A stretch of DNA of 64,000 nt from Octopus sinensis (GCF_006345805.1 NC_043000.1:51274001-51338000), one strand, 5' to 3'. Shown: positions 13,241 through 27,486, counted from the stretch's first letter. Notes: a model not told the origin generated them from the sequence alone. Numbers and translations: made by a program.

Positions 13241-15289
13241 ACAAAAGTGTGTGAGCATGCAATTTTGTTTCTCTGTGTGTGTGTGTGCATGCAGACACAC
13301 CTGCTTTCCCCCTTATACACAATTGCACTAATACATACATGCAGATATTGATATTAATTCATATTCTTGTGTGTGGTATGTGTGTGTGTGTGTGTTGTGT
13401 GTGTGTGTGTATTCTTACACACAGATGTAGCTATATAGAGAGGTAGATAAACAGTCAAATCGATAGATGGATTGCTATATAAATAGATACATAGGTGAAG
13501 AGAAAGAGAGAAATAGAGAAATAGAGAAATACACTAATACTTACTCATGGCGATATTGATATTAATATGTTATCATATGTTTTTTTTTATGTGTATATGT
13601 ATGTATACAGATGTGTGTGTGTCTGTCCATTTGTGAATGTTCATGTAAACTGAGCACTCTAAGATATACACAGATTAATATTAATATCAATCCTCATACA
13701 CACACACATCACACACATGCCAGCACGTGTGCATTATCATTCCGTTTTGCCTGATAATTTCCCTTTCAGTGGGATTCAGCATAAAATAACGACAGTTTTT
13801 CTGATATAGCTTATTGATTCGAAGTCATAAGCAGGCAGGCAAGGAATTTTTTGAAGCATTTCAGTTTATATTTGATGCCTTTTATATTTTACATTTATAT
13901 ATTACATTTTACATGCCTTGAATATATTTTAGTGATAAAATTAAAATACGTTCAGGTATTGCATTGATATATGCAGAGTATTCTTACATATTTCATAAGT
14001 TTGCGTAGATTTTTGATATGCAGTAATGTGGATCCATCTTAAAGGGGGTCAGTAATCTATTTAAATATATTTAGAAGCTGGTATAAATTGTTAAGTCAAT
14101 ATAGTGTAGGATGTAAAAAAAATTGATATATATTTTTCTATATTCATCCTATGATCATCCCTTAGTTAAAAAAAAAACCCAAGAAAATATATGGTATTAA
14201 TAAGGAAATAGGTAAAATACACACACAGAAAAGCATATTTATGTGAATGTGAACATATACATATGTTTGTACAAACGTTCTCTTCCACATGCACACTCAC
14301 ACATGTGTATACTAGCATACTTGTGTATATATATAGATTTCTAGATGTATTTATAGTTACCTTTGAGTGGGTATGAGTGTGCAGATATTTATATGCATTT
14401 GTCAATACTTAGACTATTTGTATGAATGTCTCTCTCTCTCTCTCTTCCTCATTCTGCCACTCTGCTTCTTACCCAGTGAGTGTGTGTATGTACATTTCAT
14501 ATATTGCTTATAAAACAATATTAATTTATATAATGCAATATATATATAATATGTAAATTTATATAGAGTATATTACACATAGTTATGTTATAAAAATATT
14601 TTATATATAATATAATGTGCATTGTATATTATATATTAAATAAGATTTAATATAATATACTGTGTGTGTGTGTGTCTATATATATATATGTGTGTGTATA
14701 TGTATATATGAGATGCAAACAGTAGGATCCAAAGGAATTTGAGATTGTAGCAGCTTATATCAGCAATTGATGTTTATAAACAGTTAATATATATAAACTC
14801 TGTGTGTGCGTGTGTACACTATATAACATGGGAAAACATAACATAATATTTGGACTGTATATAACTATCAATTGCCAATGTAAGCAGCTGCATGCTCATC
14901 TGGATCCTACAGTTTGCTTCTCTTGTGCATACTCATTCACATACACACAGAGACATGCATGCACGCATGCATACACACACATACATATTGACATTAGGAA
15001 CAACATCCAGTCATAAAAGCTATTGATAGCAAAAGGGAACGTAATGCTTCAACTCATCTAAGAAGGCAGTACTTCAATATAAGCTATGATTGTGGATCGT
15101 GTCATTCCTTGTGACCCATGCTTGCATAAGAAAAAGTGGATGCAAGAGACTTGGTCAATGTAGATTTTAGAGTTACTAGGTCAGATATTTATGTTCCATT
15201 TTGATATGGTTACTGTGCCCGGGTGCCCTTCCTAGTGCTATTATAGTATATGTGTGCATGTGTGTGTGAGTGTATATGTGTGTCTTTAT

Positions 15290-15820
15290 GCTTGTGTTTG
15301 ACCCCTACTCCCACTTGGCAACCACTGTTGATTTGCTTATTTTTATTTATTTATGCACCCTTTTCAAGCTTAGCCAACCTCATAGGCCCAGTTTCCCGGT
15401 TTCTCTGGCGTATGTGTTCCCCCCAGCTGGACGGGATGCCAGTCCATTGCAGCGTTACTCATGAAACAGGAAGAAAGAGTGAGAGAATGTTGGGTCGAAA
15501 GAGTACAACAGGGGTCACCACTACCCCCTTCTGGAGCCTCAGGTGTTTTCGCTCAATAAACACACACAACGCCCAGTCTGAGAATCAAAACTGCGATCCT
15601 TGAGCCGCAAGTCCGCTGCCCTAATCACTGGGCCATTGCACCTCCACATTATTTTGCTTACCTCCTTGTAAATTGGCGATTCAGCAAATAGAGACCTATA
15701 GAATAATTAACAGGATTAAAGAATAAGTTCTGGTGGTTGATATGTTCAACTAAACACTTCAAGGCAGTATGCCAGCATGGTTGTAGTTTAGTGACAGAAA
15801 CAAGTAAAATCTAAATCAAG
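15290..15820 (+). mobile_element. Family-A SINE 3' half, split by a nested SINE
   Basis: cttggcaaccactgttgatttgctta...cctccttgtaaattggcgattcagcaaatagagacctatagaata...gccagcatgg...gaaacaagtaaaa is collinear with the family-A tail once 15340-15652 is removed. Confidence 0.7.
15340..15647 (-). mobile_element. tRNA-headed SINE of V/Meta-domain type (family D), nested
   Basis: Minus strand: tRNA-like head GTGGAGGTGCAATGGCCCAGTGATTAGGGCAGCGGACT..., central GCAATGGACTGGCATCCCGTCCAG (V/Meta-like motif) and an A-rich tail. Flanked by the 8-bp direct repeat TTTGCTTA (15332-15339, 15653-15660). Confidence 0.75.
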
Positions 15821-16199
15821 ATTTTTTTTTCTTGTATGTTACTTAATATACTCCTTTTTATCTATATTGTTCACTGTCCTTGTTAAGTTTTTTCCTTTAG
15901 CTCATTTTTATTAAAAAAAAATTTTTGCATGTGTTTAAGTGCCTTATCTGCGAAAGTTAAGGTAGGACAATTGCTGAGCTGATGAAGCCTATTCAAGCAG
16001 AAATGCATGCCCACAGATGTCCTCTGAAGACAGTCATAATGTATTTTCCTGAAAGGAATGTCAATTTTGTAGAACTGGTTCTTGAGATTGTATCCACTTC
16101 CTGTGTAGCGTTGGTGTCATTTGCCATCAAGCAATTGATCTTCTTTTTCTGGAAGTACATATAATTTCAGTAACTCAAGAACATTTCTTGATGTTTGAA

Positions 16200-16245
<46 letters not shown>

Positions 16246-16257
16246 TATATGTATATA

Positions 16258-17455
16258 TTGGGTCATCTCATGAATAATGTGATTTCTTAATACTTCTTAA
16301 TACTTCTTTTATACTCTCCATCATTTTCTACAATGTTCTTCCATATATCTGGTAGATATGCAAGGCCCCTCTTCCAAAATTTGCTTGTCCATGATGAAAA
16401 ATACTCCACCAGTACTGTTTTGACCTTGTCTACAGAATTCATATATTTTCCTTCCAAATAATTTTGAAAACTGTGAAATAAATAATAATCAGATGGGGCA
16501 ATTTTTGGTGAATATGGTGGGTGGAATATTGTTTCCAATTGAAACTGTTGCAGCCTTTGGAATGCCATCCTTCTGATGGAAGAACACTTTTTGTCTTGAA
16601 ACCAAAGATGGTCCTTTTTCTTCACTGACTTAAGCTGCTTAGGCTCCTCACAGTAGATCTCCTTTGTTATTGTTTGGTTTGGGTTTAAATGTTCAAAGTC
16701 AACTAAACCGTTCATATCCCCAGATAACAACACCTTTTGTGAGTGAAGACCTTCTTTAGCCTGGAATGCTGGTGTTTCTCCTTTCCCTATCCACTGCCTT
16801 CAGTGTTTCACATTTTTATAGGGAACCCATTTCTCATCACCAGACACTATTCAATCCAAGAAAGATTCATTCATGAGACATGACAGCAGAGAAGAGCACA
16901 CATTCACTCTCTGCACGTGATTAGAATTGGGAAGTTTGTTAGGAACCCATTGACCCAATTTTCTGATGACTTTTCTGATGGCACACAGGTGTCAAGCTTC
17001 TCTGCTAGTTTCTCAACAGTTATGATGGGATTTTGTTCCACCAGAGTTTGCAGGACATCCTCGTCAAGCTCCACAGATCTTCCAGGATGAGACTCATCTT
17101 CTAGGCTGTAGTTTCCAGCCCAGAATTTCTGGAACCATCATTGACTCTGGTTTACACTTATTGTCTGATCCCCATATACTACATTAATATTCCTCGCATT
17201 TTCTGTTGCATTGCTGCCTTTATTAAACTCATAAATCAAAATATGCCGAATATGCTCCTTTGTCACTTTCATTATAGCTTTGAAAGTATAACTGTTAAAA
17301 TTGAACTGCACTCTTCAAAACTTTCACTATGAATAAGCACAAGGTAAAATTACTACCTGCTTTTATTGCAAGTTGATGCAGGTAGTTATCTCATTCCCTT
17401 CCAACTTTTAGTTCATGCAATTGAAAAAGACCGCATTATTCATGGGATGACCCAA
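16258..17455 (-). mobile_element. Near full-length mariner (~1.2 kb)
   Basis: TIRs TTGGGTCATCTCATGAATAATGTG / CGCATTATTCATGGGATGACCCAA (2 mismatches). TA on the left, mutated to TT on the right. Confidence 0.92.
16287..17272 (-). pseudogene. Mariner DD34D transposase pseudogene
   Basis: Starts MKVTKEHIRHILIYEFNKGSNATENARNIN and contains GDEKW and HPPYSPKIAPSDYYLF. It has frameshifts and stops, and the HDNA catalytic motif is lost. Confidence 0.9.
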
Positions 17456-20400
17456 TTTATATTTATATGATATAATTACATTTATACACTCTGAAAATAC
17501 TTTATTTGTTAGCAAAAGACAGAATTTCAGTTATTTTTACTGTATTTTAATGTTTGTGTGTATGTATTTATAGACTTAATTCTGAATGATATTTAATGAA
17601 AATTATTGATTCCTTACTGGTTGTGAAGTTTAAAATGGAAGATTTTTAAGGATAGAATTATAATTTATTCCTCCCTTTTTTTTGTGAAACTCTTGTTCAA
17701 CACTTTCGCAGTATAATTAGTCATAAATAAAAATAATACAGATCTATTTCAATGTAGGCCTGAATATTTTGCTACATTCATTTTTATTCATGTGTCATTG
17801 TCTATTATGAATTTGTTTTGTATTTCCTACCCATTTTTTGGGGATATCACTTATATATGGTTTGTATCTGATGACTCTATGATATATCTCTTCTCATATT
17901 TTACTTTAAATTCTGTCTGTCAGTGAGCCTAAGTGTGAATAAATGTGAAATACCAGTGAAGATAAGTAAATATTTACTAGAATCTTATTGATGATATGTA
18001 TTTGTAAATTTCTGAATAGTTCTATAATATATGTTTTTATACAGACGTGTTGTTGTTTATTTGTTTGACCATGTGTGTGTGGCAGGGAAGAGGAATAAAT
18101 ATATTTTAGAATACAAAACTCAATGTACATAATCTCAGAAATAGGATGAAATAATTTATTATACCTCAAACTTTACAATCATTAACTAAATTTTGTCTTG
18201 TTGGTTCATTATACTATTATAAGTGTTATGAATAATCAATTTGGTTCTCACTGAAGCATTTAAAAGCTGTTCATCTACTTCATTGGCTGGGCAGAATAAT
18301 GAAATAGTTAGTGCATGACTGTTGTTAGGTGTCATGAATATTCAAAGAACTATGAACTATTCAAAATTCTTCTTCTATGAGTATGAATGATTTAAGTGTA
18401 TATAAGTGTCAAGATTTAAAGCAACTTAGTCGCAGTTTCTGTGTTAATATTGCAAAAAAGTGAAGTAGCTTCTGTATTTTGTTAGTTACAAATTTCTCAG
18501 AAAGAAGTGGGATATGTTCTAGCTAAAGAATACTAATTCCGATATATGATTGAGGAAGATTTTATACTAGATCAGATGGGTTTTTTTTTCTCAAATAAAC
18601 ATAGTTGATAAATATTCTTTGACTGGTTGTATGTTCTTGAACTTAAGAATTTTCTATTATATATAGGAAAGGTGAAGTTTCTAAATTTTAAGTTCCAAAT
18701 ATACTTTTCTGATTTCTAGCTAGCATATTAAAAGTATAACTATGCAAATTGTAATTTCCTTTGATAGGGTTTGTTAAATCCATAAAAGGATAGTTCAATC
18801 ATTTTGGACACACTTGTATTATTCAGTAGAATTACCAAATTTCATTTAAAAGACATATTATATTAATATAATTACATTTCACAGTGTTATTGCCAATTGT
18901 TGAAGATGTGTTTTTATTATTGAAGTTAGCTAATGCTATGACAAAATTTTCAATAGTGGAATTGTATATACTTCTATTGTATACATTTCTATTGCACATT
19001 TTGTTCTATACATGTTTTGGTTAAAATGTGTGTCTATGAGCTCTATCTAAATTAAGATCAGTGCTTTCACCTAAATTATAAAAGCTACTCTATTTCTGTA
19101 TCTATTACAGCTGATTTGACGACTTATATATATATAATGAATATTTTCTTTATAGCCACTATTTCTTAAAACATTATTATAGCAACTAGAGCTATATCTG
19201 AAAATATATTGGTAGTATGATATGCCAGACAAACAAATGGTAATATTCTTCACTACATTATGGAATGTCTAGCTGGTAGTTTGATGTTATGTTAATGCAT
19301 TACAGTATAACATCTGGATTACTATTAGGATGATATCTAAGTTTAAGGTGTTGCCTAAAATATTGACTATTTTAAGATTGGTATCTACTGTGATTTTTAA
19401 TCTAATTATTTCAATAAGTCGATAATGTTTTTTTTTTATTTTTATTTTCTGAATTTATCAGATTATTCATATTTCAAAGAATTAATAGGCCATCATTTCT
19501 GTATAATCTGCTTTTAAGTCATGGAATTATATATGGATTAAACTTAAAATATATAATCCAATAATTCTACAAACTTCTGTTGAACCTTTGAAGCCAATAC
19601 TGATATCAAAGAAAGTAGTATTTTTTTTTTCTGAATGTGTAAAGCATTATCCAAAGATATCACTTTCTTTAACACATTATAATATTAATCCTTGCATCAG
19701 AGAAATGTGATTAGTTTTTGGCAAATCAAGGGCGAATGAACTGTCTTTTGAGTAACCTTTAGTATTAGAATTGTAACAAACAGTATAAGATTTTGTGAAT
19801 TTATATTCTTGTATATTATTTATAACTTTGAACCAAGTTAAGAGGTGCTAAAATTCCCTAAGAAGTGAAATTCTTTGAATTCGAAGTAATATGTGATCTA
19901 AAATTTATGTGCTAATCATTCCTGGTTTTCACTGGATTAGTTAATCTAGTCAAAGGATTACACATGAAATGCTCATGTGGTCCTTGATAGTAAACTAAGA
20001 TTTCTGTAGTACAAGGGACTCTAACTCAAATATATATACATGTGTGTGTGTATGTGTGCATATGTGTGTGTGTATACATACATCAATATGCGCATATATA
20101 TATGTTTGTAAATATACATATGTGTATTTACATATATATATGCATGCACGTATATATATATATATATATACACATATGCATGCACATATATATATACATG
20201 CATACATCTTTACACTCACACACATATTTATTTTGGTTGAGTGAGTTACTTGCTACTCTGTGTTTCACCTGTGGGCACACAGGGTCTTCAGGCAATTTAC
20301 AGCAGAGTTGTAACATGTGTCTGTGGCCACAGGTGTATATACACACACCCACACATATTCATGCACATACACATATGTATACATAACACACACAAAGTTA

Positions 20401-21711
20401 GAGAACTTCCTTCTCAGAAAGAATTCAATGTTGCTAAGTAGTTATAATCTGTTTATTTTCTTTTAACATAGCCAGATGTTTCAACTCTTGTTTCAGCTGA
20501 GACACTAATCATTCTTTCATACCCTTTTGTTTTGCTTTTTTTTTTTGTTTTTCTTCATGTGGAAATTTTTCGTATATGTATTATGCATGTATATTATAAT
20601 TTTTAACAAGAAAATGCTTTGCAATGATTAGAAGTTTCAGTTTACTAAATTTTATCTGACTGTGGTTCAGTTTAATTTTTCCACCTTGAATATGGCATTC
20701 CTTTGGTATGTGGTGCTATGTAAATGAAAATTAAACCAAAGTAAACTTCTGTCTGATGACAATGACAGCTAATAAACCACAACTTTGAGGTCTCTCTCCC
20801 AGTTTTGTACTTGTAAAAATTAATATATATGGTACTCCACTAAAAAGGAATGAGAGATCCTTCAATATAATGTTTAGTTGCCTCACTGACTCTTGTCTAA
20901 CTCATGCTTACTTTAAAAAATGTGATGATGGTGCATATTAATTATCTCAGCTTCTCATACCATCCTTATTACACATCACTTCCACAGCTTGTTTAATAAC
21001 ATTTCCCCATTCTATTCATTCTGACTAAATGAATATGTTGGGAACCAACAAGTTTCCCTATTCATCTCTTTTATCTTCTCTACATATTCCTATTCATCTT
21101 TCCAAATGCCCAACTATTCCTCTCTTTCTTCCTTCATTGCATCACCCTTTCTGCTCACATGCTTGTTATTCCTTCTATCTTTTTTCCACTCTTCTTGCTC
21201 CCACTCTCTCTTTCATAGCCCTTAATCTCCTCAACATCTCCTACACCATGCTTGTCCGTTTCTATACTTTTAATAATCCTTCCTTCAATTTGTCTTCTCT
21301 CAGTCTCTTGTTTCACTTCTATTATTGTCCATCTCTGTCTTCCTCTCCTTCATCTCATCCTTCTATTTTCGCCTTTTGTCATTTGAAAGTGATTTCAGAA
21401 TTAAGAAACTGCTAGTAGAGGTTCATGATCTACTTTATGTAACAATAATGAAACAGAATTGAGTAATTTCTTTTGGTTTAATTGTAATTCACTACATTGT
21501 GAGCCCATATTCATCTATACATGCATACATATGTATATACATACATGTGTATATGTATGCATGTATACCCATGTGTATCTGTGTGTGTATGTATTGCAGT
21601 GTGCATGCATATTCTTATATATATATAAATAATATTATGGATGTACACACACATACACATATATATATATAAAGAATATTATACAGATACATACATACAT
21701 ACATACATACA

Positions 21712-21744
<33 letters not shown>

Positions 21745-22075
21745 TTATACATACACACATACTTATGCATACCATGCATGCACACATACAAGCATATCAA
21801 GCATCTATAGAATTATTTATGTCCATGATGTTCACAAACTATTATTAATAATAAACAACAGCATATATTTCTAAATATTTAGTAGTTTATTATATATTCT
21901 TGCTCATATATATATATGTATATACATATTTATAGGTAGTGTGTGTATGTGAGCATGTGTGTAAAATTACCATGTGTATGCATGTACATATATATATATA
22001 TATATATCTGTACGTGCATAATATTCTCTGTATGTATGTATGTGTGTGTACATGCATAATATTCTTCATGTATGT

Positions 22076-22112
<37 letters not shown>

Positions 22113-23342
22113 AGGAATATACATATGTTCATGCACACAGACATGTATGTGTGTGTGTACTTATGCATGCTAGCAAACATACAGACATATGAACAATCTT
22201 AGAACTGTTTATGTACATGATGTTCCCAAAGTATGACTAATAATAAAGAACAGCATATATTTATAAATATTTAGTAGTTTATTGCTTCACATGAAAACAT
22301 TCCATATGCCAGAAGAGAGTGATAACAACAAATTCTGATAGCAATTGAACATATTACACACTATCTTGAGTTTCATCTATGCCAAAATAATTAATTTATA
22401 CTCTCCATTATAAGATCAAAGACCTTACAATAGAATGTGACATAGCCAAAAACTCCAATAGCAAAATAGATCAAATGTATGTATATTACACAGAATTGTC
22501 AAATAATGGCTTTTCTTAGAGTAATGATGCTAAATCAGAATAAAGCATAGTAAAAATAAATAAAAATTAAAAATAAATTATTCAAGGGAAGTTGAATATA
22601 AATTTGCTCATGAACTCTCTGATCACACAGGCAATGTTGACATTGGCAACGGACATGTGCACAACAGTCACTGAAAAGGTGTAAATGGATAATGCTCCCT
22701 GTCAGTTTAAGTATTTAATGCAAAAGATGTTTTCTTAAGTAACTGCTCTTCCAAATGTAAATGAGAGAGCCAACATCTTCAGAAAAGTAAATTGTGTTCC
22801 ATCAAACTTCCACTTCCACTTGTGTAAATGCCTTTATGGATACATTTTCTGTGCTCCTGTCAAAGGTTTTATATTGTCTTCAGTTATTTTCCATCTAATG
22901 TTTCTATATTATTGCTAAATATACATAGCTTTGCATGTCACTAAGCACAAGATTATATTGTATTGCACTCCATTCTCTCTCCTTCCGTTCCTCACATACA
23001 ATTAGTGCTAATCAAACAGTGAAGTGCCTTATGTAAATCATAAACTGTAAAGCTTCACATATGTTTGTAAACACCATTGACACACAATTGCATGCAATTT
23101 CATTTTTATATATATATATATATAAAAATTTATATAAATAAGGATAAGATTGTTATTTAAAATACCGATCATATCAAGTGGCTAGCATGGAAATAAAAAC
23201 CTCATAGGTAATAATTATCATTAAAATTATCATTAAGGGTATCTAAAAGATACCAAGATGCTAGATATAGCAACCAAAACTTGACTCTAAATGTGGTTTT
23301 ATATATATAAATATATATATACATACATATATATACATACAA

Positions 23343-23374
<32 letters not shown>

Positions 23375-23723
23375 CTATATATATATTACATGTATAGCAT
23401 ACATATATATATAAATGGATGAATGAATTATCCTTTGTTTACCGTTAACATGGAAAATTCAATAAACAGTTACCAGGGTTGCAAAATTCACGCAAGTAAC
23501 ACGGATGAAGCAACCTATTCAAAGGTAGAAACTCCAGGTTAATGTGCAGTAATTTGTGTAGTACAAGTAAATAAATGGAGTTGAATGCAGATGTTATTAA
23601 AATTCTTTTACTTTCGACATATGTTTCGAAGACAACATTGTTGCTATTCCAAAGGAATAAATGGTGTAAAATGCAATCTTCTCATTAGGAAAGAAAGAGA
23701 GCCTATCTCAACAAGACACGCAC

Positions 23724-23762
<39 letters not shown>

Positions 23763-24404
23763 ATTGATTATAATTAATTGTACATATTTCATATTATATA
23801 TATGTACATGACAGCTGAGTTGATCCATTATCAACCAAGCACAAGAAATATAGGCCAATACTGTGTTATATGCAAAATGCTTAAACTCTGAAAATGTAAG
23901 AAATATTGCTCCCAGTAGGTACCACTGGTTGTATAATTAATTCATTGTTTTTAGTAGCAGTAGTACTGCTGTAGAACCAATGAGGAATTTGTTGACTTAC
24001 ATTTAGCTTCTAGTTCATTTCTTCCACTTTAAAAGCTACCTGCAAGGATAGCCGTTAAGTGATTTATGCATTTGCATATTAGTGAAGCATGAGTTTAAAC
24101 CACTGCTTGACTTTAGAATTTATTCAGCCGAGAAAAAATCTAAGCTAATTTCTTTATGGATACTAGCGGTCAACTTGGACTAGTATTTATATCTAGGTTT
24201 ATAACATTAGCAAATTAGATAAAGTCATTCCTCTGAGTAGGGCATTGGTTTGTCACAGCTAAGTTTTCCTATGCAGAAATTTGGTTTGGTATTTCTGCCT
24301 GTCAAAGAATTGTTGAAATTGACTTTGCTGCTGCTGAGTGTAATGAGGAGTTCCAGCTCTCTGTTACCTGGTCTAGATCATTTAAGTGTTAACTGTTTGG
24401 CCAT

Positions 24405-24770
24405 CTTTTTATCTCTTATTTATTTCAGTCATTAGTCTGCGACCATACTGGGGCACCACCTTGAAGAATTTTTTTGTCGAATGAATCAATCTCAGTACTT
24501 ATTTTTTAAGTCTGGTACATATTCTATGGATCTCTTTTACTGACCTGCGAGGTTACAGGGACATAAACCCACAAACACTTGATATCAAACTGTGATGAAA
24601 TACACACACACATGATGGACTTCTTTCAGCTTCCAGATACCAAAGCAATTCAGAAGGCTTTGGTCAGCCTGATGCTATAGTAGAGGACTAGTGCCAAAGG
24701 TTCCATGCAGTGGGACTGCACCCAGAACAATATGGTTGGGGAGCAAACTTCTTAACACACAGTCACACCT
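24405..24770 (-). mobile_element. Family-A SINE, diverged
   Basis: Reverse-complement match to head (gcagtgggactgcacccagaac...acacacagtcac) and tail (ttcagtcattagtctgcgaccatactggggcaccacc). Confidence 0.8.
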
Positions 24771-25178
24771 GCAATTATGAATATATTGTAATATTGAGGA
24801 TCAAACTTCTCAGTTACATGTCCTCTACTCTCCTTATTTGGTAATACATGATATCACTTCAGAAATAACTAGCATTTAATTTTTACTATTAGCATTATCA
24901 AGTTGAGCATCCTAGCCTGCAGTGTATAAGATAATAGCTGTGTCAAAGCTGGGACATATGGCTTCTAGTTAGTATTCCAATGTTTTAATCTGGTTAATAT
25001 TTCAGTAACTTAAACTCCATCATCATCATCAGACTAAACTTGTGATTTGATTTTGAATAACATATATGGACATGAGATTTTCTCAAAAACGTTGAAGAGA
25101 GCAAAACAGAACAAGAAGCTTATATTATGTTTCAACACATGAACAGCTTATCACTTTCTTGTTTTAATGCTCCATTTA

Positions 25179-25268
25179 TCATCATCATCATCCTCATCAT
25201 CATCATCATCATCATCCTCATCATCATCATCATCATCAATAATAATAATAATAATAATGATAATAATA
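25179..25268. repeat. (CAT)n-(AAT)n compound trinucleotide microsatellite
   Basis: Directly visible. Confidence 0.95.
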
Positions 25269-25694
25269 TTTGTGCTAAAGGAAATGGCTGTTCAAAAACT
25301 TGTAGAATATATTATCAAACTCATATTTCTCTTTGGCTAACTGTAAAAAATCCATTCAGCATTGTACTTATCAAAAAAATGTTTCTCCTTTATTTAGTAA
25401 TCTTTTAAAAAAGTTATGTCTTGTACTTCAGTATCGTACACTTTTTGTACAGTAGTAAATGTTTTAGAGAAAGAAGACCCAGTTAACCAATTTTAGAAAT
25501 AATACACTCCTAGAAAAATGTTTGTTTTCATTTGACATAAATCTAACTTCCCCAAATGTGAAATGTTTCCAGTTGAAGTGATTTCTGTTGAAGGATTTGT
25601 TTTCTAAAAGCTGGACCCATGAAAGGCAAATGTGGTTTCAGTATATACAATATGTATATAATTTTTTTTTTCGTAATGAGATAAAGAACCAAGG

Positions 25695-25776
25695 CTGTGT
25701 AGATTTTAGAACATTTATAGATAGAAGGTCGTACAGCTGTTTCTAGGATATTTATTATATCCCTTCATCAGAGAAG
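25695..25776 (-). mobile_element. Penelope-like terminal repeat fragment with minimal hammerhead-like motif
   Basis: Homologous to 54500-54580. Minus strand reads TCT-CTGATGA-AGGGATAT-AATAA-ATATCCTA-GAAAC-AGCT-GTA. Confidence 0.5.
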
Positions 25777-25978
25777 GTTTGAGAGGATGGTTAAGAAATA
25801 GTTAATTTAGATAAGATATAAAATAGAGATTGAGGTGGAGGAAAGAAAAGAAAATAGATGTGAGACATGTAGGGATGTTGGATTTGTAGATCTATTTTCT
25901 AGGCAGAATGTTATACGTATAAGATTCCACTATATATATAGTTCAACATTCTGGTAGGTAGGTGATTAGTATTGTTGG

Positions 25979-25980
25979 TA

Positions 25981-26015
<35 letters not shown>

Positions 26016-26058
26016 AATAATGATAATAATAATGATAATGATAATAATGATAATGATA

Positions 26059-26089
<31 letters not shown>

Positions 26090-26092
26090 TAG
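25979..26092. repeat. (AAT/GAT)n trinucleotide microsatellite
   Basis: Directly visible. Confidence 0.95.
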
Positions 26093-27486
26093 TAAAAAAT
26101 AAATAACCATATTTGAGTAATATTTAAGTAATATTATGTAGAAGCATTATTAAGAACTTGTTTTCTAATATATCTAATCATATTACTTTATTGTTCAAGA
26201 GCTAAAGTAGAGGATTAATTATTAGCTTAATATATTAAGTATTTTGTTCATATATTGCAGAGGAACCTAATATGTATTTGTGGGGTTGAGATTAGTTGTA
26301 TGAATTGATTATGCTCTTCATTATAATTTTTTTCCATTATCTCCTCTAGTGTCTTCATCATTAGTCTTCAAGTTCTAGATTACATCAAATAAATTCATTA
26401 TTAGCTTAATGTCCTATTAGGATTTTTAAATATCATCTTATCAGTTCATAAAACATGAAATAAGTATTTGTTAATCTGTAGGAGTGTAAATATCTTGCTG
26501 CTATTCTTCAATATCAACATCTATTCTGCTTTAAATTCATGTTTACTCTCTCTTTTTATGTCTTCATTTGTTGTACTTTTTTGTTTCACCCATTTCATTC
26601 TACTTATTTTTTTTGTCATAGTTAAATGAAGTGAAAGATTTCTATGTATTTTCAAATTTAAAAACTTCTGTTTCTATCAGAAATATTGACACAATTACAC
26701 ATTTTTCAGTATATATTCTTGCTTTATTGATATTTTAAGTATTTTCCAAAACATTAAGCAGCATACAAAAAAAGTCTGCTTCAATCTTATTTTCAATTGT
26801 TTTTTTCTCTTTCTAATTCCTCTTACTTTGCTTTAGACTGTTGTGTTAAACGTTTATCTTTTTGAATAATTAAATACATTATAAGTAATGATTTAGCAAT
26901 ATCTTTCTGGTAGAAAAAGTAATTTTATTCATTTTTTTGCTTAATCCTTACTGTATTGGCTCAGTATAATTTATAATTTGAAGATTTTTTTTTGAGAATT
27001 CTGTATGGGAAATGGCCTTTAAATTCAGCTATTATTAATTAAATTTCCTTTTCAAAACTCACATTCAAATTTGTATTTGCTTAATTGCCTATTATGATGG
27101 TTTGAAAATAGATATTTAAAGATTTTAATTTTTCTTTTTCTTTTTGACTGGTCAAGGTTAGGAACTTGAATAATAATAAGTTCAAACCTGAAATACAAGT
27201 TTAGATAAACATGATGAAAAGTATTTACTTTTGGTTAAGTGACACCAAAAGAGTAATTTATGGTTCCTATAAGATATCCACTACAGTTTTAAAGAATCAT
27301 TTTGGATTGATCAATGATTGTTTTGTTCTAAGAATAAAATTGTGTCTGTGTGTGTTGGGGTGAATGCATGTGCCTATATTCCAAATAATCTCAATTAAAA
27401 AATGAGGAAGGCCACAGTCAATTTACTATTCAGTGCTTTGTTAGAGGCAGTATGAATTGGTATGTAGAAGTACATATGTATATTTA

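Noticed and set aside
15590-15647. tRNA-like sequences here and at the SINE heads
   Set aside because: They are tRNA-derived SINE promoters without a complete cloverleaf; not called as tRNA genes.
24274-24390. Candidate phase-1 exon IWFGISACQRIVEIDFAAAECNEEFQ
   Set aside because: No good donor before the stop and no recognisable domain.
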